A stretch of DNA of 64,000 bases, from the NCBI GenBank assembly GCA_963812605.1, contig CAWEWF010000014.1:256001-320000 (forward strand), given 5' to 3'. The stretch's first letter is position 1. Each line of letters opens with the position of its first letter. Shown in pieces: positions 10,307 to 19,537 of this stretch. Made by a program: the position numbers and the translations under genes. Source of the stretch: an uncultured Verrucomicrobiae bacterium. Lineage in GTDB: Bacteria > Verrucomicrobiota > Verrucomicrobiia > Palsa-1439. The notes beneath the pieces were generated by a model, which was given only the letters and a program-made list of their open reading frames with translations, did not search any database and was not told the origin of the DNA.

Positions 10307-11097
10307 GGAGTTGGTTTGGGTTCACCCGCGCGCCGTTCCGCTTCGAGAAGGAAGGCGTACTTGGCGAAGACATTGATAAATTTTGAAAGTGCGATGAGCC
10401 AGCCGCGCCAGCCGTCGCGCCAACCCTGCTTCACGACCAGATGTTTGAAAAACGTCGCCCACGGCGAGAGCAGGAGCAGGTGCCAGTGAAACTTCCGGCC
10501 TTCACGGGCATAGGAGTCCGCCATCGTGCGCGCATGCTTGATGGAGCTGTGGAGATGCTCCTGAAGATTACGAAACGGGTAGTGAAGCAAATCGCCTTCC
10601 AGCCGCGCGGTCGGTCCGGGGATCTCCAATTTGTCGTGCGGGTCAAGCCCACCCCAGGCCGCAAGATTGCCCCGGACCAGGCGCAGTCGCCACTCCGGAT
10701 ACCAGGCATGACGGATCCAATCGCCGAGATAAAAGGTGCGCCGGTTCACCCAAAAGCCGTTTTCCTTCGGGTCGCCGGCATCGAATATTCTGGAAATCGA
10801 CTGCGCCAATTCGGGGGACAACGCCTCATCGGCATCCAGGCACAACACCCACGGTTGCGTGCAGCGCTTGAGGGCGATGTTCTTTTGCGCCACATATCCC
10901 TGCCAGGGGTGCGCCTCGAAGATCGCCCCACAACTGCGCGCGATGTCGCCGGTCTTGTCCGTCGAACCGGAATCGATCACCACCATCTCCACCGCCAAAT
11001 CGCGGACGCTGGCGAGACAGCGCGACAGATTGCGTTCCTCGTTCAGGGTAATGATGGCAACGGACAATGGCGGGTGCTGGGCCATGCGCTCCTTCAC
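10303..11097 (-). CDS. Glycosyltransferase family 2 (LPS core beta-1,4-glucosyltransferase, KdtX/WaaE-like)
   Basis: LSVAIITLNEERNL, VIDSGSTD, WVLCLDADE, GWRDGWRG. Confidence 0.9.
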   Translation of the reverse strand: MKERMAQHPPLSVAIITLNEERNLSRCLASVRDLAVEMVVIDSGSTDKTGDIARSCGAIFEAHPWQGYVAQKNIALKRCTQPWVLCLDADEALSPELAQSISRIFDAGDPKENGFWVNRRTFYLGDWIRHAWYPEWRLRLVRGNLAAWGGLDPHDKLEIPGPTARLEGDLLHYPFRNLQEHLHSSIKHARTMADSYAREGRKFHWHLLLLSPWATFFKHLVVKQGWRDGWRGWLIALSKFINVFAKYAFLLEAERRAGEPKPTP

Positions 11098-11969
11098 CTG
11101 ACGAGTTGATAATGTTTCTTGCTGAGTTCCACTCCCAGCCAGCTTTCCAATTTCAGCATGAGGCGATGTTTCTTCTCGCGCTTGGTGAGCTGGTGTTCGG
11201 GATTGGCGAGAAACAGGCCCGCGGCGGGCGGCAACCAGCGCTGGACGACTTGCGGATGCGTCCCGGTGAATTCACGGAGAACCAGGGGATCGATTTCGCG
11301 ATAATCCGTCGGCTGTTTGACATCGCTGCCCCAGAATTTATGGACGCTGTTGTTTTTGAGGTCCATCTGGTCCTCCGCCCGGATCCAACCGTAATGATAA
11401 ATGGTCGCGCCCGAGTGCGCCGCGCGGGGATAACGGCCCTTTTTATGGTCTTCCATCACGACGAAAAAAAGTCCCTTCGGCGCCCAGGCCGGAATTGTGC
11501 TGCGGATAATGCGGGGGGCGGTCCGATACCATCCCGGCGACCAGGCATACGTGTTTTGATTGCCGTAAAAGTGGAGGTAATCGAAAATCAGAGCTTCCAC
11601 CTCGGGATTATCGAGATGTGTTTCCATCGCCTGTCGAATTTTCGGCAGGTCCTGCTCATGGACAACCTCGTCGCCTTCCAGATAAAACGCCCAATCCCCC
11701 GTGCAATTGAAGAGGGCGACCGACTTCTGTTGGCCGTACACAAAACCTTTCAATCGCAGGTCGTTTCGGATCCGCTCGTTCCACTGGGTGTGGATGAGGC
11801 GAATCTTCGGACTGTTAATGGAAGCAATCATTGCCTCCGTTTGATCGTCGCAGGGCCCGAGCGCGATGATGAATTCATCCACGATGGGAAGGACGGAATT
11901 TATAGACGCGACAAATGGATAGCCAAGCTTTTGCGCGTTTTTAAGAAATGTAAATCCGCTGACTTTCAC
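11094..11969 (-). CDS. Glycosyltransferase family 2 protein
   Basis: GTG start (M)KVSGFTFLKNAQKLGYPF, CTGDWAFYLEGDE, IYHYGW; overlaps the next gene. Confidence 0.85.
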   Translation of the reverse strand: MKVSGFTFLKNAQKLGYPFVASINSVLPIVDEFIIALGPCDDQTEAMIASINSPKIRLIHTQWNERIRNDLRLKGFVYGQQKSVALFNCTGDWAFYLEGDEVVHEQDLPKIRQAMETHLDNPEVEALIFDYLHFYGNQNTYAWSPGWYRTAPRIIRSTIPAWAPKGLFFVVMEDHKKGRYPRAAHSGATIYHYGWIRAEDQMDLKNNSVHKFWGSDVKQPTDYREIDPLVLREFTGTHPQVVQRWLPPAAGLFLANPEHQLTKREKKHRLMLKLESWLGVELSKKHYQLVR

Positions 11970-12060
11970 CAATTCCCCATTCGGCGTGTTATCCGGCGGC
12001 GGCATTATTGTGGCGGCCCATTCCAGAATCAAGGCGTAATGGCGAAAAAAGGTGCGGCCG

Positions 12061-13062
12061 TCATCGTGGCGGTTTGTCACTGCGACGGCGGCGAAGAGGG
12101 TGCGAGTAAAACGGGTAGGCGCCCCGCTCTTCCTGCTGGCGGTATCGCCAGCGTTTGTAGCTCCAGAGCCAGGGATCGGGTTGCTGGCGAACGACTGCTT
12201 CGCAGTAAGAGGCGCACATCTGGCTGATGGCCTGCGATTGCGCCTCGCGGTCATCCGTGACGGCAGCGTCGGTGACCAATTGTTCGTACGTAAATCGCAT
12301 TCGCCCGTCGGGCAGGGGATGGGGCACCGCGAATACCAGCGGCGCGCCCGTGTGCAGCGCCAAGGCAGCCGGGGCGGCCGTGTTGTACACGGGCAGCCCG
12401 AAGAAATCCACCCACACGCCGCCCGAGTCGCGCAGGGCGTTGAAGTCGATGAGCAGCGCGATGTTTTCACCACGTTTGAGCGCCTTCAGAAGTTTTGTGA
12501 CGGCGAATTGCTGGGAGATGATGCGGTGGCCGGTTTGGGCGCGAAGTTGGGTGAAAACCGATTCCAGTCCGGCGTTGCGCATGCGTTCGGTGACGATGGT
12601 GGAGGGAAAGCCAAGCAGGCCCGTGGCGAGCCCCATCAATTCCCAGTCCCCATAATGCATGGTCAGAAAGATGATCCCCTTGCCCTCGCCCTGCAGTCGA
12701 CGGATAAGTTCCAGGGATGCCGGATCGACTTCGACGGCTTGTTCCAGTCCGCCGCGCTTCAATCGCGGCGACCAGAACAAGCGGAACATTGTCAGCGCGA
12801 AATTCTGGAAGGAGGCGCGGGCGATCTGTCGCTTGTCCGCTTCCGATTTGGTGTCGCCATAGGCGACGGTGAGATTGGCCAGCGCGATGCGGCGCGGGTG
12901 GCCCAAGAGGTAATAGGCGCAAGTGCCGGCGACCCGGCTAAAAGCCACGAGCAAACGATGAGGCAAACGGGGGAAAACGGCGGTCGCGGACCGCATGGCC
13001 ATTGTCTCGAGAAGAAAACGGAAACGCTTCGCGCGGGAAACGGGCCTGGGTTGAGATGTCAT
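12061..13062 (-). CDS. Lipid A biosynthesis acyltransferase (LpxL/HtrB family)
   Basis: IFLTMHYGDWE, ALLIDFN, VDFFG, QPDPWLWSYKRWR. Confidence 0.9.
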   Translation of the reverse strand: MTSQPRPVSRAKRFRFLLETMAMRSATAVFPRLPHRLLVAFSRVAGTCAYYLLGHPRRIALANLTVAYGDTKSEADKRQIARASFQNFALTMFRLFWSPRLKRGGLEQAVEVDPASLELIRRLQGEGKGIIFLTMHYGDWELMGLATGLLGFPSTIVTERMRNAGLESVFTQLRAQTGHRIISQQFAVTKLLKALKRGENIALLIDFNALRDSGGVWVDFFGLPVYNTAAPAALALHTGAPLVFAVPHPLPDGRMRFTYEQLVTDAAVTDDREAQSQAISQMCASYCEAVVRQQPDPWLWSYKRWRYRQQEERGAYPFYSHPLRRRRSDKPPR

Positions 13063-13197
13063 CACCGCGGCGAGTATAGTGGCCGTAAAACGACGCGCAA
13101 GAATGGAGTGCAGGCGCAAGTTTGTGCGACCGAATCGCAAATGCGTTGCGTTCCGCGGGCTGCGGATTATATCATCCTGGCGCATGCAGACTTTCAC

Positions 13198-13809
13198 ATG
13201 AAACGGCACAAGCGCATTGGTGTTCTTGGCGGCACTTTCAATCCGATTCACCTCGGACATCTTCTCGTTGCGCAGGACGCCATGGAGCAGTTGAAGCTCG
13301 ATCTCGTGAAGTTCATCCCGTCGGCCACGCCGCCGCACAAGATAGTCGACAAACTGGCAAGCGAACGGGACCGATTGCAGATGATCGCGCTGGCGATCCG
13401 CGACAATGCTTGTTTCGAGGTCGACGATATCGAAATCAGGCGCGGCGGCAAATCGTACTCGGTGGACACCTTGACGGAATTGCGACGACGAGAACCGCGC
13501 GCGAGTTTTTATTTCATCATCGGCGCGGACTCGTTGCGGGAGTTGCACCTCTGGCGGGAGGTCCGGCGGCTGGTCACACTTTGCACGTTCGTTACCGTGC
13601 CGCGACCGGGATTCGACCCAAAACCGGTGATCGATCCCCGGCTGGACGCGGTCACGCGGCGGCGGTTACGGCAACACGTGTTGCGCGGGCATGCGTGTGA
13701 TATTGCTTCGCGTGAAATTCGCGCAAGAGTTGCCAGCGGGCGATCCATACGGTATCTTGTGTCCGATGCGGTGCATGCATATATTCGGAGGCGAAGGCTA
13801 TATCAGTGA
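13198..13809 (+). CDS. nadD: Nicotinate-nucleotide adenylyltransferase
   Basis: GVLGGTFNPIHLGH, FIIGADS, IASREIR. Confidence 0.95.
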   Translation: MKRHKRIGVLGGTFNPIHLGHLLVAQDAMEQLKLDLVKFIPSATPPHKIVDKLASERDRLQMIALAIRDNACFEVDDIEIRRGGKSYSVDTLTELRRREPRASFYFIIGADSLRELHLWREVRRLVTLCTFVTVPRPGFDPKPVIDPRLDAVTRRRLRQHVLRGHACDIASREIRARVASGRSIRYLVSDAVHAYIRRRRLYQ

Positions 13810-14159
13810 AGGGCAATAGCCGGTTCACTTCCGAAAAATTGGCGAAGCTCTGCCGCGAAATCGCCCTTGGCAAAAAGGCGGAAGACGCGATCATTCTGGA
13901 CGTGCGCGGCGTTTCCAGCGTTGCCGACTTCTTCCTGATTTGCACTGGCACCTCCGAGCCGCACCTGAAAGCCATCGCCGACGAAATTGCCCGCCGCCTT
14001 CGCGACGAGGGGATGCGTCCGCGGCACCGCGACGGCTATCCGCCCAGCCGCTGGATCGTCATGGATTTCAACGACGTTCTCGTGCACATCTTTCATCCGG
14101 AACTTCGCCAGCGTTACAGCCTCGAGGATCTCTGGGGTGACGCGAAACGCGTCAAATAG
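13806..14159 (+). CDS. rsfS: Ribosome silencing factor
   Basis: KKAEDAIILDV, DFFLICTGTS, WIVMDFNDVLVHIF...YSLEDLW; canonical position after nadD. Confidence 0.95.
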   Translation: MKGNSRFTSEKLAKLCREIALGKKAEDAIILDVRGVSSVADFFLICTGTSEPHLKAIADEIARRLRDEGMRPRHRDGYPPSRWIVMDFNDVLVHIFHPELRQRYSLEDLWGDAKRVK

Positions 14160-14222
14160 AAGTGTGGACGGAAGAAAAACCTTCCGACGATTGTGGGGAT
14201 TTCCGGCAGATGCAGGGGCGAA

Positions 14223-14606
14223 CTACTTCGCTTCCTTGGCGATCTCACCGAGCAACGTCTTGTAGCCCTTGCCTCCCGCCGCCATCTCGCCGATCACCGT
14301 GGCGACGCCTTTCGGTTTCTCCAACTCGAAGACAAACACGGTCTGGCCGCCGCGGATGCGGTCGTTGGGTTTTAATTCCCACTCGGTGATTCGTTCGTTG
14401 TTCACGTAGGTGCCGTTGGTGGAATTAAGGTCGCGCACGAAATACTTGCTGTCGCGAGAAGTGATCGCGAAATGCTGGCGGGACATCCGCTCATCCTTGA
14501 TCAGCACGTCCGCGTCTTCGCCCCGGCCAAAGGTGAGGGTCTTGTCCGTAATCTCCCAGCGGTCCGCCGCCGAACCGTCGAGTTTTTTCCGCACGAGATA
14601 GGGCAT
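14223..14606 (-). CDS. FHA domain protein
   Basis: FGRG...MSRQH...DLNSTNGTYVN FHA motifs. Confidence 0.9.
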   Translation of the reverse strand: MPYLVRKKLDGSAADRWEITDKTLTFGRGEDADVLIKDERMSRQHFAITSRDSKYFVRDLNSTNGTYVNNERITEWELKPNDRIRGGQTVFVFELEKPKGVATVIGEMAAGGKGYKTLLGEIAKEAK

Positions 14607-14799
14607 CGTGTTGACTCCAACGCCGATTGTGCATCAGCGCTTGGGTGGCATCAAGTCAAAAACCGTCGATCCTAATTTCAACCCTGTTACACGGTCGCTT
14701 GGCGTCGCTATAATCCGTGCGGTCGAGCGGTGAGGAGCGCGATTGTGTGGGCAGCAAGCCAGGAGCTGACGGCGGTCAGGCACTGAGCTTTTCCAGCGA

Positions 14800-15387
14800 T
14801 TACCAAAGCCCGAGGCGTTTCTTGCCGTCGTCGGTGATCATGCTTTGGTTCCAAGGCGGGTCCCAGACGATCTGGACATCGGCTTCCTCGACGCCCGGCA
14901 CGTCCAGCAAACGATCACGCACTTGCGCCGCAATAGCCGGTCCCATCCCGCAGCCCATGGCCGTCAGGCTCATCTTCACATCGACCCGGCTCCGCGTGGA
15001 AGGTAGCGGTGTCGTTTTGACGTTGTAGATCAAGCCGAGGTCGACGACGTTGCAGGGGATCTCGGGATCGTAACATTGCTTCATCGCTTCCCAGAGCGCC
15101 TTCTCGTCGGCGGGACCGGCGGGTTTCTCCGCCGCGGCAGAGGAAGCCGCGGTGGATTCCGCGACGGGCACGCCGTCCTTGAGCAGCGCATCGAGGTTCC
15201 GCCCAGCCACCTGTACCAAGCCGAGCGTGGACACTTGCAGCGTGACGTTACCGCCGAGTGTTTGCCCGACGTACGCCGTCGTGCCCTGCGGGACGACGAT
15301 GCGCGCGCCGCTGGGGATTTGCGTTGCTTCGCAGTCGCGTCCGAATTGCACCTCGTCAGATACGTGAAGAGCTTCAATGCCAGTCAT
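14800..15387 (-). CDS. sufT: SufT-like (DUF59) Fe-S cluster assembly protein
   Basis: CYDPEIPCNVVDLGLIY, LTAMGCGMG, VWDPPW; AAGGAG RBS before ATG at 15387. Confidence 0.85.
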   Translation of the reverse strand: MTGIEALHVSDEVQFGRDCEATQIPSGARIVVPQGTTAYVGQTLGGNVTLQVSTLGLVQVAGRNLDALLKDGVPVAESTAASSAAAEKPAGPADEKALWEAMKQCYDPEIPCNVVDLGLIYNVKTTPLPSTRSRVDVKMSLTAMGCGMGPAIAAQVRDRLLDVPGVEEADVQIVWDPPWNQSMITDDGKKRLGLW

Positions 15388-15475
15388 AACCAAATTACTC
15401 CTTTGCAAAACCTGTCTTCAACTGTCGCCACCCCTTACGGTAGTCGGACTTTGCGAATGTGTCGAGGGGTATTGC

Positions 15476-17185
15476 TCACATCTGTTCGATGACTTCAATG
15501 CCCAAAAGATTCAGGCCGCGCTTGATAACATCCGCCGTCAGGCGGCAGAGCAGGAGGCGGGATGAGCGCGTTGGTTCTTCGGACTGGAGCACGGGACAGT
15601 TCTCGTAGAAGGCGCTGAACTTTCCGGTGAGGTCGTAGAGGTAGCCGGTGAGCCAGTTGGGTTTGTCGTCCTCCGCGACCGCGTGCAAGGTTTCGGGGAA
15701 GCGCAGGATGTGCTTGGCCAGATCGAGTTCGGCAGCGTGTTCGAGCGTCACTTGTGCCGAGTCGATGTTCGTAACGCCGGCCTTGCGAAAGATGCTTTGC
15801 ACGCGGACATACGCGTATTGCATGTAGGGCGCGGTATTGCCGTTCATGGCGAGCATTTTTTGCCAGCTAAACACATAATCCGTCGTGCGGTTCTGGGAGA
15901 GGTCCGCGTACTTCACCGCGCCGATACCGACCGCGCGGGCGATCTGCTGGCGCTCTTCCGCTGACAAATCAGGGTTCTTCTCCGTTACAACCGCCAGGGC
16001 GCGCTCTTCGGCTTCATCGAGCAGGTCGGACAGTTTAACCGGCGTGCCGTCCCGAGTCTTGAGAGGCTTGCCGTCTTCACCGAGAATCGAGCCGAAATAG
16101 ACATGGCGCAGGTCAGGTGACTTTGGCCACCACTTCCGCGCCGCGGCGAACACTTGTTTGAAATGCAGTTGTTGCCGCGCGTCCGTCACGTAAATGATTT
16201 CGTCAGGATGCCATTGGTCGATACGATATTTGAGCGTTGCCATATCGGTCGTGCCGTACAGGAACGCGCCATCCGCTTTCTGGATGAGCAGCGGTGAAGC
16301 GTTCTTCAGCTCCGGATCATCGTCAAAGAAGATACACATCGCGCCTTCGCTTTCGCGGGCGAGATTGCGTTGCTTCAATTGTTCGACCACATCCTTCAGC
16401 ATCGGGTTGTAGAAGCTCTCGCCGAGTGTGTGATCGAAAGTCACGCCGAGGCGTTGGTAGGTTTTGCCGAACTCCTGCATCGACAGGTCGATAATCTTTT
16501 GCCAAATCTCGTGGTTTTCGGCATCGCCTTGCTGCAGCTCCACCAATTCGGCCTTCGCATCATCGCGCAGTTCTTTATGGTCGTTGACGTACTTGTAAAG
16601 CCGCTCCAATTCAGTAATTGCATCCCGCTGCAACGCCTCATCGTCGCGGAACCGTTTCCAACCGACGATGAGCATGCCGAATTGAGTGCCCCAATCGCCG
16701 AGATGGTTATCGGTGATGACCCGGTGGCCAAGAAATCGCAGGACACGGGCGAGACAATCCCCAATGATCGTGGAACGGACATGGCCCACGTGCATGGGCT
16801 TGGCGACGTTCGGGGAGCTGAAGTCGATGACAACCGTTTTCGGTTGCGCAACGGTGGGTACGCCAAGGCGCTCATCGTTCGTGGCCGCGGCGATTTGCTG
16901 CGCGACGAAAGACGACTTGAGACGAAAGTTAATGAAGCCTGCGCCGGCGACGGTTGGCGGTTCGCTGACATCGGCAAGCTGGAGTTCGGCAATGATCTTC
17001 TCGGCGAGCGCCCGAGGGTTCTGACCGAGACGCCTGGCGATCGCCATTACGCCGTTCGCCTGGTAATCGCCGAATTTCGGATCGGCGCAGGGACGAATCA
17101 TGGCGGGGCCGGCGTTTTCGGGCCCGACGGCGAAACGTAGCGCAAGCTCGATAGCGTTGGCGAGGATATCGGGCGCGGATGACAT
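15476..17185 (-). CDS. argS: Arginine--tRNA ligase
   Basis: FGDYQAN, DFSSPNVAKPMHVGH, HLGDWGTQFG, GNTAPYMQYAY. Confidence 0.97.
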   Translation of the reverse strand: MSSAPDILANAIELALRFAVGPENAGPAMIRPCADPKFGDYQANGVMAIARRLGQNPRALAEKIIAELQLADVSEPPTVAGAGFINFRLKSSFVAQQIAAATNDERLGVPTVAQPKTVVIDFSSPNVAKPMHVGHVRSTIIGDCLARVLRFLGHRVITDNHLGDWGTQFGMLIVGWKRFRDDEALQRDAITELERLYKYVNDHKELRDDAKAELVELQQGDAENHEIWQKIIDLSMQEFGKTYQRLGVTFDHTLGESFYNPMLKDVVEQLKQRNLARESEGAMCIFFDDDPELKNASPLLIQKADGAFLYGTTDMATLKYRIDQWHPDEIIYVTDARQQLHFKQVFAAARKWWPKSPDLRHVYFGSILGEDGKPLKTRDGTPVKLSDLLDEAEERALAVVTEKNPDLSAEERQQIARAVGIGAVKYADLSQNRTTDYVFSWQKMLAMNGNTAPYMQYAYVRVQSIFRKAGVTNIDSAQVTLEHAAELDLAKHILRFPETLHAVAEDDKPNWLTGYLYDLTGKFSAFYENCPVLQSEEPTRSSRLLLCRLTADVIKRGLNLLGIEVIEQM

Positions 17186-17196
17186 GAGGCCGGAGC

Positions 17197-17652
17197 TTAG
17201 GCGTCGGAACGGAAGATGGCGAGGATTTCCTCGACGGAGCCAGCGGTTTCCAGTTTCTGGCGGTTCTCCTTGTTGCTGAGGAAGCGGGCGACGCTGGAGA
17301 GTAACAGGAGGTTTTTCTGGAACTGGCCCTGGGGCGTGAGAAAGAGCAGGCACATCGTGACGGGCTGGTTGTCGAGCGCCTGGAAGTCCACCCCGTGGGC
17401 CCGGCCGAAGGCGGCGACCACCTCCGGGATGCACGCGACGCTCGCGTGGGGCAGGGCGATCCCGTAGCCGATCCCGGTGCTCTTGCTCGTCTCGCGGTCC
17501 TTGACCGCTTTGCGTATCGCCTCGCTGTCCTCCGCGCGGATTTTGTGCGTCCGCGCCAGCACGTCGATAAGTTGGTCGATCACGGCCCAGCGGTCCGTGG
17601 CGGCGAGGCGCGGGACGATTTGCTCGGCGCCCAAAATTTCGGTGAGATTCAT
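17197..17652 (-). CDS. PTS IIA (PtsN/fructose-type) domain protein
   Basis: RETSKSTGIGYGIALPH, VDFQALDNQPV. Confidence 0.9.
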   Translation of the reverse strand: MNLTEILGAEQIVPRLAATDRWAVIDQLIDVLARTHKIRAEDSEAIRKAVKDRETSKSTGIGYGIALPHASVACIPEVVAAFGRAHGVDFQALDNQPVTMCLLFLTPQGQFQKNLLLLSSVARFLSNKENRQKLETAGSVEEILAIFRSDA

Positions 17653-17671
17653 GTCTTGTTCGGCGAATGCG

Positions 17672-18391
17672 TCAGCGCTGTTGTGTATGGCCCATGAAAG
17701 CGGACGCACCATGCCACAAGACCACCAGCTTGTCGAGCGTCCAGCCGTAGGCGACGACGAGATCCGCGGCCAGCGACTGGGCCAGCGCCGCGAACGTCAC
17801 CGAGCGCGAGAGCGCGGCGACCGTGAGCGCCATCGTCAGCAGGTTCATGCAGTAAATGATGACCACGGAGAAGAGCACGCCTTGGGATTCGATGTCGGGC
17901 TGCTTCACGGTCAGCAACATCATCAGCGTGAAGGTGACGTGGAAACTCCAGCCCAGGCCCACGAGGAAGAACAGCATCCAGAGGTACGCGCTGAGATTCC
18001 AGATGGCGTAGGCAATGAAAAACGCGCCGATGAACAACATGGCGTAAAACGGGAAAAAGTAAGGCGCGAGCGCGATGAACCAATTCGTTTTGCTCGTGCG
18101 CACCTGGCCCCCGGTCTTTTTCACTTTCAAACCGCCGACCCGCGCGCCCATCATCAAGGCCCAGATCGCGTGGGTCAGCTCGTGTCCCAGCACATAGGTG
18201 CGCATGGGTTTGGGAAGAAATACGAACACCGCCAGCCAGAGTGCGTACCCCCCGGCAAAGGCCCACAAGGCCGGGTTGGTCATGGGGTGGGAAGCAAAGG
18301 ACACCTGCCCGCCGAGGCGCACCGCGGTCAGGGTGAGGGCCGCGCAGGCCGGCAGGAGCAGAATGCCGAGCAACAGCTTCAGGAGGCGCAC
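17672..18391 (-). CDS. Membrane protein with HExxH motif (M50-like peptidase)
   Basis: YVLGHELTHA, IALAPYFFP, about six TM segments. Confidence 0.75.
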   Translation of the reverse strand: MRLLKLLLGILLLPACAALTLTAVRLGGQVSFASHPMTNPALWAFAGGYALWLAVFVFLPKPMRTYVLGHELTHAIWALMMGARVGGLKVKKTGGQVRTSKTNWFIALAPYFFPFYAMLFIGAFFIAYAIWNLSAYLWMLFFLVGLGWSFHVTFTLMMLLTVKQPDIESQGVLFSVVIIYCMNLLTMALTVAALSRSVTFAALAQSLAADLVVAYGWTLDKLVVLWHGASAFMGHTQQR

Positions 18392-18402
18392 GATTTTCCC
18401 CG

Positions 18403-18430
18403 TTGACTTTTACGGGTCGGCACGTAAAAT
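18403..18430 (+). promoter_or_regulatory. Sigma-70 promoter of rpsT
   Basis: TTGACT-N16-TAAAAT upstream of rpsT. Confidence 0.55.
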
Positions 18431-18481
18431 GACGCGCCGTCCAACGAACAACGACACAGCCGACTCATCGGATCATTTATC

Positions 18482-18757
18482 ATGGCCAACACACGTTCCG
18501 CAGCGAAACAAGCGCGCGCCAGCCTCCGCCGGGGGGCGCAAAACAAGTCGATTAAATCCCGGCTGCACACCCTGGAAAAGAAGTTTCTTACGGCCGTGGC
18601 GGCCAAGAAAACGGAAGACGCGAATGCGGTGTATCGGCTGCTGAGTTCCGCGCTCGACAAGGCGGCCAAGACCCGGGTGATCCATCGCAATAATGCTTCG
18701 CGGAAGAAGTCGCGGCTTTCCGTCCACCTGAGAACCGTAGCGGCCAAGAAGGCCTGA
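18482..18757 (+). CDS. rpsT: 30S ribosomal protein S20
   Basis: MANTRSAAKQAR...LDKAAKTRVIHRNNASRKKSRL. Confidence 0.97.
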   Translation: MANTRSAAKQARASLRRGAQNKSIKSRLHTLEKKFLTAVAAKKTEDANAVYRLLSSALDKAAKTRVIHRNNASRKKSRLSVHLRTVAAKKA

Positions 18758-18845
18758 CAAACCCTGTGTTCGGTGTCGGTTTCTGCTTGGCAGATTTCGT
18801 CGGACTCGGCTCTCCGTCCCCGTCGTGTGAGTTGACCGCATAGGC

Positions 18846-18985
18846 TCTAGCAGGTTGCCAAAGACGGAGCGAATTGACCGTCCGTGTTGTAGGCCGACTC
18901 TGTGAGTCGGCGAGTTTCCCAAGGATTTCGCCGCTTCGCAGAAGCGGCCTACAACCCGAAAGGCTTTTTTTAGCAACCTGCTAGA
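18846..18985. mobile_element. MITE-like element with TCTAGCAGGTTGC terminal inverted repeats enclosing a GTAG REP doublet
   Basis: Perfect 13-bp IR at 18846-18858 / 18973-18985; internal ttgtaggccg...cggcctacaa at ~18887-18954. Confidence 0.7.
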
Positions 18986-19021
18986 ATCCCGGTTGGCTGG
19001 GAGATCCTCGCACAACATTGC

Positions 19022-19537
19022 TCACTGCCAGTTCTCCACCAACAGCCCCGTGACGCGCTTGGCGATGTCGTCGGCAACCAGCGGCAAGGCTTGTTCTTCC
19101 GAGCTCGTCTGATCTTCCCCGATAAAGACATCGGACCTGCCCTGCACCTCGGTGGATTTCAAGACCGTCTCACCCGTGCGGCGATCGGTGGCTTCGACGC
19201 GTACGGTGATAATGATTTCGTACTCGCGGGGCACGCCGGTGTCCGTGCGCAGGGAGCGCAACGCTTCGCGTTGGTATTTAATGATCGTGCCCTTGAGCAC
19301 CACGTCGGCGCGGGGCTCGGTTTCGATGCGCAGGGAACCGTCCTGCTGCAGCCGCTGGATGATGGCGTTGCTGATCTGCGCTTCGAGTTGTGGGCGGAGC
19401 GTGATGTTGCGGAATACCGGGACGGCGATCGAGTTGAAGTTCCGCTTCGTTACGGGGCCAACGTGATAGCCCGCGCAGCCAAAAGTGAAGAGACAGGCGA
19501 ACATCATCGCCACGGCAAGCGAGGCGCGGCGGCTCAT
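19022..19537 (-). CDS. lptE: LPS-assembly lipoprotein LptE family
   Basis: Lipobox FTFGCAGY, SIAVPVFRN, ADVVLKGTI; coupled to bamD. Confidence 0.8.
   Translation of the reverse strand: MSRRASLAVAMMFACLFTFGCAGYHVGPVTKRNFNSIAVPVFRNITLRPQLEAQISNAIIQRLQQDGSLRIETEPRADVVLKGTIIKYQREALRSLRTDTGVPREYEIIITVRVEATDRRTGETVLKSTEVQGRSDVFIGEDQTSSEEQALPLVADDIAKRVTGLLVENWQ

Noticed and set aside
14687-14800. TATAAT at 14709 as promoter of an sRNA or of ORF 14717-15028
   Set aside because: The -35 is weak, there is no recognisable RNA family or terminator, and the ORF is antisense to sufT.
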